Assembly: GCA_030533415.1 (NCBI GenBank)
Contig: JAUNJE010000009.1
Span: forward strand, 9,268 to 73,267
Source: Eubacteriales bacterium
GTDB lineage: Bacteria > Bacillota > Clostridia > Oscillospirales > Oscillospiraceae
DNA: 64,000 nt
Direction of reading: 5' to 3'
Position 1 is the first letter of the stretch, and each line of letters opens with the position of its first letter. Below are positions 1-9,217 of the stretch, piece by piece. Below the pieces are notes generated by a model. The model was given only the letters and a program-made list of their open reading frames with translations. It was not told the origin of the DNA and did no database searches. The translations under genes were made by a program, and so were the position numbers.

Positions 1-20
1 TTAAAAATGCTTTGCTTCAT
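1..20 (-). CDS. 5' end of the next gene in the pyr operon (MKQSIF...), possibly dihydroorotate dehydrogenase electron-transfer subunit; runs off the window
   Basis: ATG at 20 preceded by AAGGAG RBS on the minus strand, directly downstream of carB. Only 6 codons are visible, so the product is a guess from context. Confidence 0.35.
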
Positions 21-88
21 GCTGTCTCCTTTGTCCGCTTCTTATCTATGCAGGGAGCGCCAGCCCTGGCGTTCCCTGCGCTTTTTCA

Positions 89-3000
89 TTAGGCGTCAAT
101 CGTGGAAATGGTCAGCGTGGTTTCTTCCAGAACATCCAACAGGACCTTGATGGTGTCCAGGGCAGTAAACAGGGTTACATTGTGCTCGGTAGCGATTTGG
201 CGGATCTTGATGCCGTCGGTTTCGCTGGCACCCAGGTCCTTGGTGTTGATGACATAGGCGATATGGCCCTGGCGCAGGGCTTTGGGGATCTCATCGCTGC
301 CGTCGCTGATCTTGCCCAGCACATGGGTGCGGATGCCGTTGTTCTTTAAGAACATGGCGGTGCCATAGGTGGCCTCAATATTGAAGCCAAGCTGGTAGAA
401 GCGGCGGATCAGGGGCAGGGCCTCCTCCTTGTCCTTGTCGGCAATGGTGGCAAAGACGGTGCCATAGTTCTGCAGCTTCATTCCGGCGGCCTGCAGGGCC
501 TTGTACAGGGCGCGGGTCATGGTGCGGTCGTAGCCGATGGCCTCGCCTGTGGACTTCATTTCGGGAGACAGATAGGCGTCCAGGCCGCGAATTTTGTTGA
601 AGGAGAAGACAGGAGCTTTGGCATACCAGCGGTCCTTCTCCTCAGGATAAATGTCGAAGAAGCCCTGTTCCTTCAGGCTCTTGCCCAGGATGACCTCGGT
701 GGCGATGTCCGCCAGGGAGTAGCCCGTGGCTTTGCTCAGGAAGGGAACAGTACGGGAGGAACGGGGGTTGACCTCGATGATGAACACGTTGTCGTCCTTA
801 TCCACGATAAACTGGATGTTGAACAGGCCGATGATGCCGATGCCCAGGCCCAGCTTTTTGGCATACTGAAGGATGATGCCCTTGACCTTGTTGGAAATGG
901 AGAAGGAGGGATAGACGGAAATGGAGTCGCCGGAGTGAATACCGGTGCGTTCCACCAGCTCCATGATGCCGGGGACAAAGACGTCCCGCCCGTCACAGAT
1001 GGCGTCGATTTCCACCTCCCGGCCCTGGATATACTTGTCCACCAGAACGGGCTTGTCCTCGTCGATTTCCACGGCGGTGCGCAGGTAATGGCGCAGCTGT
1101 TTTTCGTTGGCGACGATCTGCATGGCCCGGCCGCCCAGAACGAAGGAGGGACGGACCAGAACGGGATAGCCGATTTCGTTTGCGGCGGCAAGGCCGTCCT
1201 CAATTTTGGTGACGGCCCGGCCCTTGGGCTGGGGGATGTTCAGGGAAAGCAGCAGCTTTTCAAAGGCGTCCCGGTTTTCTGCCTTGTCGATGGCGGCGCA
1301 GTCGGTGCCGATGATCCGGACGCCCCGGTCGGTCAGGGGCTGCGCCAGGTTGATGGCGGTCTGTCCGCCCAGGGAGGCAATGACACCGTCGGGCTTCTCA
1401 AACTCGATGATGTTCATTACGTCCTCGACGGTCAGCGGCTCAAAGTACAGCTTATCGGCGGTGGTGTAGTCCGTGGAGACCGTCTCGGGGTTGTTGTTGA
1501 TGATGATGGCCTCGTAGCCGGCCTGCTTGATGGTCATAACGGCGTGGACGGTGGAGTAATCGAATTCCACACCCTGACCGATGCGGATGGGGCCGGCGCC
1601 CAGAACCACGATTTTCTTTTTGTCCGTCAGGCGGGAGGCGTTTTCCCCGGTGTAGGAGGAGTAGAAGTAGGGAATATAGGCACCGGTATGGCAGGTGTCC
1701 ACCATCTTAAAGACGGGAAAAACATTGTGTTCCTTGCGGAATCCGTATACATCCAGTTCGGTGCATTTCCACATCCGGGCGATGTATTTGTCGCTGAAGC
1801 CCATCTTTTTGGCCTGCTTCAGGATATCCAGGTTTTGGACATTGGCCTTCAGTGTTTCCTCCATGTCCACAATCCGCTGGATGGCCTCCAGGAAGTAAGG
1901 GGTGATCTGGGTGATTTCGTGTACCTGCTCCACGCTGATGCCCCGGGCCAGCAACTCTGCAATGGCGAAAATGTTGTCGGCGCGGAAAGGCTCGATGTAT
2001 TTGAGCAGTTCCTCGTTGGTCATGTCGTCAAATTTGGACAGATAGATATGTCTGGCGCCGATTTCCAGAGAGCGGATGCCCTTCAAAAGGGCTTCTTCCA
2101 GATTGGCACCGATGCCCATCACTTCGCCGGTGGCTTTCATCTGAGTGCCTAAGGTGTTGGGAGCGGTGGTGAACTTATCGAAGGGGAAACGGGGCAGCTT
2201 GGCAATGACATAGTCCAGGCTTGGCTCAAAGGACGCGTTGGTGTTGGCAATCTTGATGTCCTCCAGAGCCATGCCCACTGCGATCTTGGCGGTGACCCGG
2301 GCAATGGGATAGCCGGAAGCTTTGGAGGCCAGGGCGGAAGAACGGGAGACACGGGGGTTGACCTCAATGAGGTAATATTCGGAGGAATTGGGATTCAGGG
2401 CAAACTGAATGTTGCAGCCGCCTTCGATTTTCAGCTCCCGAATGATCTTGATGGCGGAGTCATTGAGCATCTTCTGGTCATGCTCGCTCAGGGTCATGAT
2501 GGGGGCCACCACCAGGCTGTCGCCGGTATGGACGCCGACAGGGTCGATGTTTTCCATGCCGCAGATGGTGATGGCGTGGTCATTGGAGTCCCGCATGACC
2601 TCGAATTCGATCTCCTTAAAGCCCTTGACGGACTTTTCCACCAGCACTTGGTGGACGGGGGACAGGGGGAAGGCGTTCAGACCCACTTCCACCAATTCCG
2701 CTTCGTCGTAGGCGAAGCCGCCGCCGGTACCGCCCAGGGTGAAGGCGGGACGCAGAACCACGGGGTAGCCAATGCGCTTGGCCGCCGCTTTGGCCTCCTC
2801 CAGGGAGTAGGTGATCTCAGAGGGAATTACAGGCTCGCCGATGGACTGGCACAGCTCCTTGAACAGTTCCCGGTCCTCGGCCCGCTCGATGGATTTGCTG
2901 GAAGTGCCCAGCAGCTTGACACGGCATTCCTTCAGAACCCCCTTCTTTTCCAGCTGCATGGCCAGATTCAGGCCGGTCTGGCCGCCGATGCCGGGAATAA

Positions 3001-3256
3001 TGGCGTCGGGGCGCTCATAGCGGATGATCTTGGCAATATATTCCAGTGTCAGAGGCTCCATATAGACCTTGTCAGCAATGATGGTGTCGGTCATAATGGT
3101 GGCGGGATTGGAGTTGCACAGGACGACCTCGTACCCCTCCTCCTTCAAGGCCAGACAGGCCTGGGTGCCGGCGTAGTCAAACTCAGCGGCCTGGCCGATG
3201 ACGATGGGGCCGGAGCCAATGATCAGAATTTTCTTGATATCCGTTCTCTTTGCCAT
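89..3256 (-). CDS. carB: Carbamoyl-phosphate synthase large subunit
   Basis: 1055 aa; N-terminal KKILIIGSGPIVIGQAAEFDYAGTQAC, duplicated ATP-grasp halves with IEVNPRVSRSS and IEVNPRSSRTVP, C-terminal MGS-like domain. Confidence 0.98.
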   Translation of the reverse strand: MAKRTDIKKILIIGSGPIVIGQAAEFDYAGTQACLALKEEGYEVVLCNSNPATIMTDTIIADKVYMEPLTLEYIAKIIRYERPDAIIPGIGGQTGLNLAMQLEKKGVLKECRVKLLGTSSKSIERAEDRELFKELCQSIGEPVIPSEITYSLEEAKAAAKRIGYPVVLRPAFTLGGTGGGFAYDEAELVEVGLNAFPLSPVHQVLVEKSVKGFKEIEFEVMRDSNDHAITICGMENIDPVGVHTGDSLVVAPIMTLSEHDQKMLNDSAIKIIRELKIEGGCNIQFALNPNSSEYYLIEVNPRVSRSSALASKASGYPIARVTAKIAVGMALEDIKIANTNASFEPSLDYVIAKLPRFPFDKFTTAPNTLGTQMKATGEVMGIGANLEEALLKGIRSLEIGARHIYLSKFDDMTNEELLKYIEPFRADNIFAIAELLARGISVEQVHEITQITPYFLEAIQRIVDMEETLKANVQNLDILKQAKKMGFSDKYIARMWKCTELDVYGFRKEHNVFPVFKMVDTCHTGAYIPYFYSSYTGENASRLTDKKKIVVLGAGPIRIGQGVEFDYSTVHAVMTIKQAGYEAIIINNNPETVSTDYTTADKLYFEPLTVEDVMNIIEFEKPDGVIASLGGQTAINLAQPLTDRGVRIIGTDCAAIDKAENRDAFEKLLLSLNIPQPKGRAVTKIEDGLAAANEIGYPVLVRPSFVLGGRAMQIVANEKQLRHYLRTAVEIDEDKPVLVDKYIQGREVEIDAICDGRDVFVPGIMELVERTGIHSGDSISVYPSFSISNKVKGIILQYAKKLGLGIGIIGLFNIQFIVDKDDNVFIIEVNPRSSRTVPFLSKATGYSLADIATEVILGKSLKEQGFFDIYPEEKDRWYAKAPVFSFNKIRGLDAYLSPEMKSTGEAIGYDRTMTRALYKALQAAGMKLQNYGTVFATIADKDKEEALPLIRRFYQLGFNIEATYGTAMFLKNNGIRTHVLGKISDGSDEIPKALRQGHIAYVINTKDLGASETDGIKIRQIATEHNVTLFTALDTIKVLLDVLEETTLTISTIDA

Positions 3257-3302
3257 TTTGTGATGTCCTCCTGGTTTCTTGTTGTATGGGATACAGGATA
3301 TT

Positions 3303-4517
3303 TTAGTCTCTGTAGACGGGTTTCCCGCCGCAGATGGTGGCCATGCACTTGCCGCTGACGTTCCAGCCGGTAAAGGGTGTAGCCTTGCCCATGGAAAGGA
3401 AGTCCGCAGGATCGATGGCGTATTCCGCCTCCAAATCCCAGACGCTGTAATCGCAGCCCAGGCCGATACCGAAGCGCTTCCTGGGATTGATGCACAGCAG
3501 TTCCACCAGCTTCTCCAGGCGCAGAATGCCGGGCTTTACCAGATAGGTGTATAGAATGGGGAACGCCGTCTCAAGGCCGACAATGCCGAAGGCGCTTTTT
3601 TCCAGTCCCCGGGATTTTTCCGCGGCGGAATGGGGGGCGTGGTCGGTGGCGATCATATCGATGGTGCCGTCCAGAACGCCCTGGATCAGCGCTTCCCGGT
3701 CCTCCCGGCCGCGAAGGGGCGGATTCATCTTAAAACGTCCATCCTCTTGCAGCATGCTGTCATCCATTACCAGATAGTGTGGCCCGGTTTCACAGGTCAC
3801 ATCCAACCCTTCCTCCTTGGCCCTGCGGATCAGCGCCACGCTCTTCTTGGTGGAGACGTGGCAGACATGATAGGATACGCCGGTCTCCTTCACCAGCTTC
3901 AGGTCTCTTGCGATCTGGCCCCATTCGCTTTCGGAGCAGATTCCCCGGTGGCCGTGGACCCGGGCATATTCCCCCTCATGGATGTAGCCGCCCCGGAGCA
4001 GGGTGTTGTCCTCGCAGTGGGCAGCGATGGGTTTGCCCAGAGCCTTTGCCCGGCCCATGGCTTGGCGCATTCTGTCGTCACTTTGGACGCCCCGGCCATC
4101 GTCAGAAAAACCGATCACGCCGGGGGCCATCCCCTCCAGATCGGCCACCTGCAATCCCTGTTCGGCCACGGTGATGGCGCCATAGGGATAGACGTGGATG
4201 CACGCGGTTTTGCGGATGATATCCCGCTGGAAATCCAGATGCTCCACGCTGTCGGGAACGGGGTCCAGGTTTGGCATGGTGCATACGGCGGTGTAGCCGC
4301 CCCGGGCCGCGGCCAAGCTTCCTGTGGCAATGGTCTCCTTATAAGAAAAACCCGGCTCTCTGAAGTGCACATGCACGTCGCAGAAGCCGGGAAAAATAAC
4401 AAATCTGGGAGAATTGAAAACAGAAAGCTCAGGGGTGGAAAGGGAAGCACCAACACCCTCCGCAAAAACGGAATCCAGGGAAGCGGAAATGACCTTTGCC
4501 TTGGTAACTTCAGTCAT
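3303..4517 (-). CDS. pyrC: Dihydroorotase
   Basis: PGFCDVHVHFREPG metal motif, KMNPPLR, IATDHAPH, TPF.G; AAAGGAG RBS; adjacent to carB. Confidence 0.95.
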   Translation of the reverse strand: MTEVTKAKVISASLDSVFAEGVGASLSTPELSVFNSPRFVIFPGFCDVHVHFREPGFSYKETIATGSLAAARGGYTAVCTMPNLDPVPDSVEHLDFQRDIIRKTACIHVYPYGAITVAEQGLQVADLEGMAPGVIGFSDDGRGVQSDDRMRQAMGRAKALGKPIAAHCEDNTLLRGGYIHEGEYARVHGHRGICSESEWGQIARDLKLVKETGVSYHVCHVSTKKSVALIRRAKEEGLDVTCETGPHYLVMDDSMLQEDGRFKMNPPLRGREDREALIQGVLDGTIDMIATDHAPHSAAEKSRGLEKSAFGIVGLETAFPILYTYLVKPGILRLEKLVELLCINPRKRFGIGLGCDYSVWDLEAEYAIDPADFLSMGKATPFTGWNVSGKCMATICGGKPVYRD

Positions 4518-4538
4518 GGGAGTCTCCTTTCAGTGCCT

Positions 4539-4569
4539 AAAAAAATGTCCTGCCGAGAGGCGGCAAGAC
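4539..4569 (-). terminator. Terminator-like hairpin in the pyrC leader (candidate attenuator)
   Basis: Minus strand GTCTTGCCG-CCTCT-CGGCAGGAC followed by A and a T-run, between promoter and RBS. Confidence 0.55.
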
Positions 4570-4604
4570 GAGTATGGCGGCAAGCCGCTGTATTTATCCC
4601 GAAG

Positions 4605-4633
4605 ATTATAGCATGGAGGGAAATGCTTGTCAA
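4605..4633 (-). promoter_or_regulatory. Sigma-A promoter of the pyrC-carB operon
   Basis: Minus strand TTGACA-17 bp-TATAAT, perfect consensus. Confidence 0.85.
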
Positions 4634-4772
4634 CAGGAAATATGATACAAAAAACGGCGGAAAGGACGGGAAAATCTGTATGTACTATGAATTTTCGTCC
4701 TGCCCGGACTGCCGGGATATTCCCCTTATCGGAAAACGCGCCGCTGAAACGCGGCGCGTTTTGGGGTGGGGC

Positions 4773-6221
4773 TTACCGCTGCTTCCAGGTGCTCCTGGAA
4801 AACAGCACCAGAATGGGAAAAATCTCCAGCCGTCCTGCCAGCATAGCCCAGGACAGGACCAGCTTGCTCAGACTGCTGTATTGGCTGAAATTGCAGGTAG
4901 GACCGACGGCCTCCAGGCCGGGACCAATGTTATTGAAGGTACACAGAACGGCGGAGAAATTCGTCCCCACAGAGAAGCCATCCAGGGAAATGATGGTGAA
5001 TACCACAAACAAAATGATGACGTAGGCCACAAGGTAGGTGTTGGTGTTGTCCAGAACCTTTTGGCTTACGGTCTGGCCATTGTTTCGCACCAGCTCTACC
5101 TTCCGGGGCTGCAGCATCTGGCGGACATTCCGGTGCAGGCCCTTGAACAGCAGCAGCACGCGCGCCACCTTTAGGCCGCCGCCGGTGGAGCCTGCGCAGG
5201 CACCAATCACCATCAGGCACAGCAGAATGGTGCGGGAAAAGCTGGGCCATAGGTCATAGTCCGTGGTGGAGAATCCCGTGGTGGTGATGATGCTGCCCAC
5301 CTGGAAGGCGGCATGGCGGAGGGTTTCTCCTATGGTGCCGTAGTACCCCCGGAGGTTCAGCGTGATGAGCACAATGCTGCCAAGAATGATGCCCAAATAG
5401 GCCCGCAGCTCCTCATCCAGGATCACGCTCTTCCACTGCCGGATCAGCAGCAGGTAATAGCAGCTGAAGTTGACGCCGAAGAGAATCATAAAGACGGTGG
5501 TGACATTTTGCAGATAAGGGCTGTAGCCCCCCATGGAGTCATTCTTTATGCCGAAGCCCCCGGTGCCCGCGGTGCCGAAGGCGGTGCACACCGCTTCAAA
5601 CAGGGGCATATCCCCGGCCATCAGGAAAACAATGTCGAGAATGGTCAGCACGACATAGATCAGGTACAAAATGGCAGCGGTCTTGCGCATTTTAGGGACC
5701 AGCTTGCCCACATTGGGGCCGGGGCTTTCCGCCCGGAGCAGGTGCATGGTAAACCCCTGGCCCTTTTCTCCTGTGAAGGCCAGCAGAAACACCAGCACAC
5801 CCATGCCGCCCAGCCAGTGGCTGAAGCTGCGCCAGTAGAGGATGGCTTTGCTGAGGGCTTCCACATCCGGGACGATGGAAGCGCCAGTGGTGGTAAAACC
5901 GGAAACCATCTCGAAAAAGCAGTCAATATAGCTGGGAATTTCCCGGGAGATATAAAAGGGCAGGCAGCCCACCAGGCTCAGCACGATCCAGCTGATACCC
6001 ACGCAGACCAGACCTTCCCGGGCGCGGAAGGCACTTGGTGCCCCCCGGCAGAGCAGAAACAGCACGAGTACGATCCCCACGATCAGCAGCAGGGTGTCCA
6101 GAAACCCCCGGAAAGCTGCCATTTCGCCGCAGTACAGGCTGATACCCAGGGCGGGGAGCATGAAAATTCCCTCTATGGAAAGGATTTGGGCCAGGAAGTG
6201 CCCCATCATTTTGTAATTCAC
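4773..6221 (-). CDS. trkH: Trk-type potassium uptake permease
   Basis: Multi-TM protein with pore motifs SGFTTTG, TAGTGGF, TTTGF, GSTGGG, NNIGPGL; GTG start. Confidence 0.93.
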   Translation of the reverse strand: MNYKMMGHFLAQILSIEGIFMLPALGISLYCGEMAAFRGFLDTLLLIVGIVLVLFLLCRGAPSAFRAREGLVCVGISWIVLSLVGCLPFYISREIPSYIDCFFEMVSGFTTTGASIVPDVEALSKAILYWRSFSHWLGGMGVLVFLLAFTGEKGQGFTMHLLRAESPGPNVGKLVPKMRKTAAILYLIYVVLTILDIVFLMAGDMPLFEAVCTAFGTAGTGGFGIKNDSMGGYSPYLQNVTTVFMILFGVNFSCYYLLLIRQWKSVILDEELRAYLGIILGSIVLITLNLRGYYGTIGETLRHAAFQVGSIITTTGFSTTDYDLWPSFSRTILLCLMVIGACAGSTGGGLKVARVLLLFKGLHRNVRQMLQPRKVELVRNNGQTVSQKVLDNTNTYLVAYVIILFVVFTIISLDGFSVGTNFSAVLCTFNNIGPGLEAVGPTCNFSQYSSLSKLVLSWAMLAGRLEIFPILVLFSRSTWKQR

Positions 6222-6233
6222 CAGGAGGCCCCC

Positions 6234-7592
6234 TTATGCGAAGATGTCGTTGAACTGCCGGATGACCTCCCGGCCGTTGGTGACCACCACGACCACATCC
6301 CCCCGGACATACGAGGAGTCGCCGTTGGCGATTTCCGTGACGGCGCCGTGGGCAATGCTGACCAGCAGCACATTGGGCTTTAGCTTGATTTCTTTCAGGG
6401 GCTTGCCGCAGTTGCGGGTATGCTCGTCCACCAGAAACTCCATGGCCTCAGCCTGGCCGTCTGCAATGGTATGGACGGAAATGGCGGCGCCGGTCTGATG
6501 CTCCATGGCGCGTACATAGCGGACAATGTTGCTGCACACCAGCTCCCGGGGAGAGATCACGCTGCCCAGGGAAAGGCTGTCGATGACGCTGCGGTTTCCG
6601 GTATGGCCCAGCTTGGTGATCACCTGGGGAACGCCCTGGGCAGTGCCGTAAAGGGAGACGATCATGTTTAGCTCGTCCAGCCCGGTCAGGGTTACGATGG
6701 CGTCGGTCTGGGCAAGGTCCTCGCTTTCCAGCAGGGCCTGCTCGCTGATATCCCCGCAGATGATGTCCGTGTCAGGCAGCAGCTCGCACAGCTCCTGGCA
6801 GCGGACATAATCCTTCTCAATGATCCGGGAGGAAATGCCGGACCGTTTCAGCCGCTTGGCCAGATAGTAGCTGATGCGTCCGCCGCCGCAGAGGGTGACA
6901 CTGCGTGCCCGGCGGCTGAGGATGCCCAAACTTTTCAGCAGGGTGGTCAGGTTCTGGGAAAGGGCGGTGACAAAGACCCGGTCGCCCTCCCGCAGGACAA
7001 AATCGCCCTTGGGGGCCACGGTGCTGCCGCCCCGGATGACGGCGCAGACCAACACCTGGCATTTGATAATGCCCCGCAGATCCATCAGCTTGACGTTGCA
7101 GAGCTTGCTGCCGGAGTCCACCCGCAGCTCCACGATCTCCGTCCGGCCCTTGGCGAAGGTGTCCCGCCGCAGAAAGCCGGGATATTTCAGCAGCCGGTCG
7201 ATTTCTGTGGCCGCCTGGTTTTCAGGATTGATGACCATGGAAAGGCCGAAAATCTCCCGCATACGGTAAATCTGATCGGTGTATTCGGGATTCCGGATCC
7301 GGGCAATGGTGTGCAGCTTGGGATTCAGCGCGTGGGCGGTGGTGCAGCAGAGCAGATTGATTTCATCCTCGCTGGTAGCAGCGATCAGCAGGTTCGCGTC
7401 CCTGACCCCGGCCTGCTGCAGAACGCTCATGGAAGCGCAGTTGCCCTGGACGGAAATCACGTCATAGCGTTCCACGCTGGATTCCAGGACTCTGGCGTCC
7501 GAATCGATGACGGTGATGTCATGGCCCTCCGAAGACAGCTGCCGGGTCAGCATGGAGCCGACCTTGCCGTCGCCTGCGATGATTATATTCAT
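6234..7592 (-). CDS. trkA: Trk potassium uptake NAD-binding subunit
   Basis: Two RCK halves (IIIAGDGKVG; LCGGGRIS); 452 aa; upstream of trkH. Confidence 0.95.
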   Translation of the reverse strand: MNIIIAGDGKVGSMLTRQLSSEGHDITVIDSDARVLESSVERYDVISVQGNCASMSVLQQAGVRDANLLIAATSEDEINLLCCTTAHALNPKLHTIARIRNPEYTDQIYRMREIFGLSMVINPENQAATEIDRLLKYPGFLRRDTFAKGRTEIVELRVDSGSKLCNVKLMDLRGIIKCQVLVCAVIRGGSTVAPKGDFVLREGDRVFVTALSQNLTTLLKSLGILSRRARSVTLCGGGRISYYLAKRLKRSGISSRIIEKDYVRCQELCELLPDTDIICGDISEQALLESEDLAQTDAIVTLTGLDELNMIVSLYGTAQGVPQVITKLGHTGNRSVIDSLSLGSVISPRELVCSNIVRYVRAMEHQTGAAISVHTIADGQAEAMEFLVDEHTRNCGKPLKEIKLKPNVLLVSIAHGAVTEIANGDSSYVRGDVVVVVTNGREVIRQFNDIFA

Positions 7593-7743
7593 AGAAGCCT
7601 CCTGAGTGATAAGGAAATTTCCTGTGATAAATGTGCGTTACCCCATATTATAGCAGTATTTGCCGAAAATGACAACTGTTTATTGGCAAAGGGAAGGTAA
7701 ATTATTGCATATTGGTAAGAGCGCTTTCCCGGTTTATATTTAT

Positions 7744-7796
7744 GTTGACAAGTCAACAAGCCCGTGGTATAATACGGCAAAAGTTGAAAGCTCAAC
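7744..7796 (+). promoter_or_regulatory. Sigma-A promoter of marR-degV with two palindromic operators
   Basis: TTGACA (7745-7750), 17 bp, TATAAT (7768-7773) with extended TG; GTTGA-N4-TCAAC at 7744-7757 and 7783-7796. Confidence 0.75.
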
Positions 7797-7815
7797 ATCT
7801 TTGGAGGTGAATACC

Positions 7816-8277
7816 TTGCTCAGCAAATACGAACTGTTTTCCTCGTCGATTTCCTGCGTATATCATGACATTCAGAAGATCGAGCGGACGGAGATGGCAA
7901 AATACGGTCTGAAAGGACCCCATGCCCAGTGCCTGCTGGCCATGAGCCGCTATCCCCAGGGCATTACGGCGGCCCGGCTGTGTGAAGTCTGCGAAAAGGA
8001 CAAGGCGGCCATTTCCCGTACCCTATCGGAATTGGAGCAGATGGATATGATCCGCCGCACCGGGCAGAACGGCACCCATTACCGGGCAAGCCTGACGCTG
8101 ACGGAGCGGGGCAGGGCCGCTGCGGAGACGGTCAGCGAAAAGGCCCGTCTGGCTGTGGAGCAGGCGGGACAGGGCCTGGAGGATGGCCAGCGGGAGGTTT
8201 TCTACCAGGTGCTCGCCCAGATCGCGGAGAATTTGCATGCCATCTGTAAGGATGGCATCAAAGAGAAGAAAATATAA
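7816..8277 (+). CDS. MarR-family transcriptional regulator
   Basis: wHTH pattern (DKAAISRTLSELE...LTERG); TTG start after GGAGGTG RBS. Confidence 0.85.
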   Translation: MLSKYELFSSSISCVYHDIQKIERTEMAKYGLKGPHAQCLLAMSRYPQGITAARLCEVCEKDKAAISRTLSELEQMDMIRRTGQNGTHYRASLTLTERGRAAAETVSEKARLAVEQAGQGLEDGQREVFYQVLAQIAENLHAICKDGIKEKKI

Positions 8278-8301
8278 CCCAATATATGCTAAGGAGATTT
8301 T

Positions 8302-9147
8302 ATGGGAGTAAAAATAATTGTGGATTCCACAGCAGACCTGACGCCGGAGGTGGCGGTACGGGTTGGGATTGTGCCGCTGACGATTCATTTCGGTGAAAAG
8401 GAATACATTTCCGGGGTGGACATTGACGCGAAGCTCTTCTATGAAAAGCTGGTGGAAAGCGATGTGCTGCCTACCACCAGCCAGCCTACGCCCTATGTGT
8501 TTACGCAGGCCTTCCGGGAGGCGGTCAAGGCGGGGGATACGGTGGTCTGCATTACCGTGTCGTCCAAGCTTTCCGGTACTTACCAGAGCGCGGTCATTGC
8601 CGCGGCGGATTTTCCTGGCAAGGTGTTCGTGGTGGACAGTCTGACGGTAGCCATCGGCAGCGGAATATTGACGGAATATGCCCTGCGTCTGGCAGACAGA
8701 GGGCTGGGCGCGGAGGAGATTGCCTGGAAGCTGCTGCAAAAGCGGGAGCGGGTCCATGTGCTGGCGCTGGTGGATACGCTGGAGTATCTGAAGAAAGGCG
8801 GCCGCATCTCTCCCACGGTGGCCTTTGCAGGGGGACTGCTGAATATCAAGCCGGTGATCACCGTTTCCGAAGGCGAGGTAAAGCTGCTGGGCAAGGCCCG
8901 GGGTTCCAAACAGGGCAACAACCTGCTGGTGCAGGAGATCAGCAAAGCCGGCGGCGTGGACTTTGGAAAGCCGCTCATGCTGGGCTATACCGGGCTGAGT
9001 GATGCCATGCTGCAAAAATACATCCTTGACAGCGCCGCGCTGTGGGAGGGCAAGGTGGAAAAGCTGCCTGTTTCCATTGTAGGCAGTGTAGTCGGGACCC
9101 ATGTCGGCCCAGGTGCGGTAGCGGTGGCTTTTTTCGCGGCGGAATAA
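8302..9147 (+). CDS. DegV-family (FakB-like) fatty acid-binding protein
   Basis: IIVDSTAD, PTTSQP, SSKLSGTYQSA, LKKGGRI, THVGPGA motifs. Confidence 0.95.
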   Translation: MGVKIIVDSTADLTPEVAVRVGIVPLTIHFGEKEYISGVDIDAKLFYEKLVESDVLPTTSQPTPYVFTQAFREAVKAGDTVVCITVSSKLSGTYQSAVIAAADFPGKVFVVDSLTVAIGSGILTEYALRLADRGLGAEEIAWKLLQKRERVHVLALVDTLEYLKKGGRISPTVAFAGGLLNIKPVITVSEGEVKLLGKARGSKQGNNLLVQEISKAGGVDFGKPLMLGYTGLSDAMLQKYILDSAALWEGKVEKLPVSIVGSVVGTHVGPGAVAVAFFAAE

Positions 9148-9217
9148 CGAAGCGGCGGCGGGACAGATGTCCCGCCGCTTTCCGTATGCCGGTGCGAATG
9201 GTCCGCTATTTCCAATG

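Noticed and set aside
7593-7740. c-di-AMP (ydaO) riboswitch upstream of trkA
   Set aside because: The leader is short and AT-rich, and I could not find the conserved motif elements.
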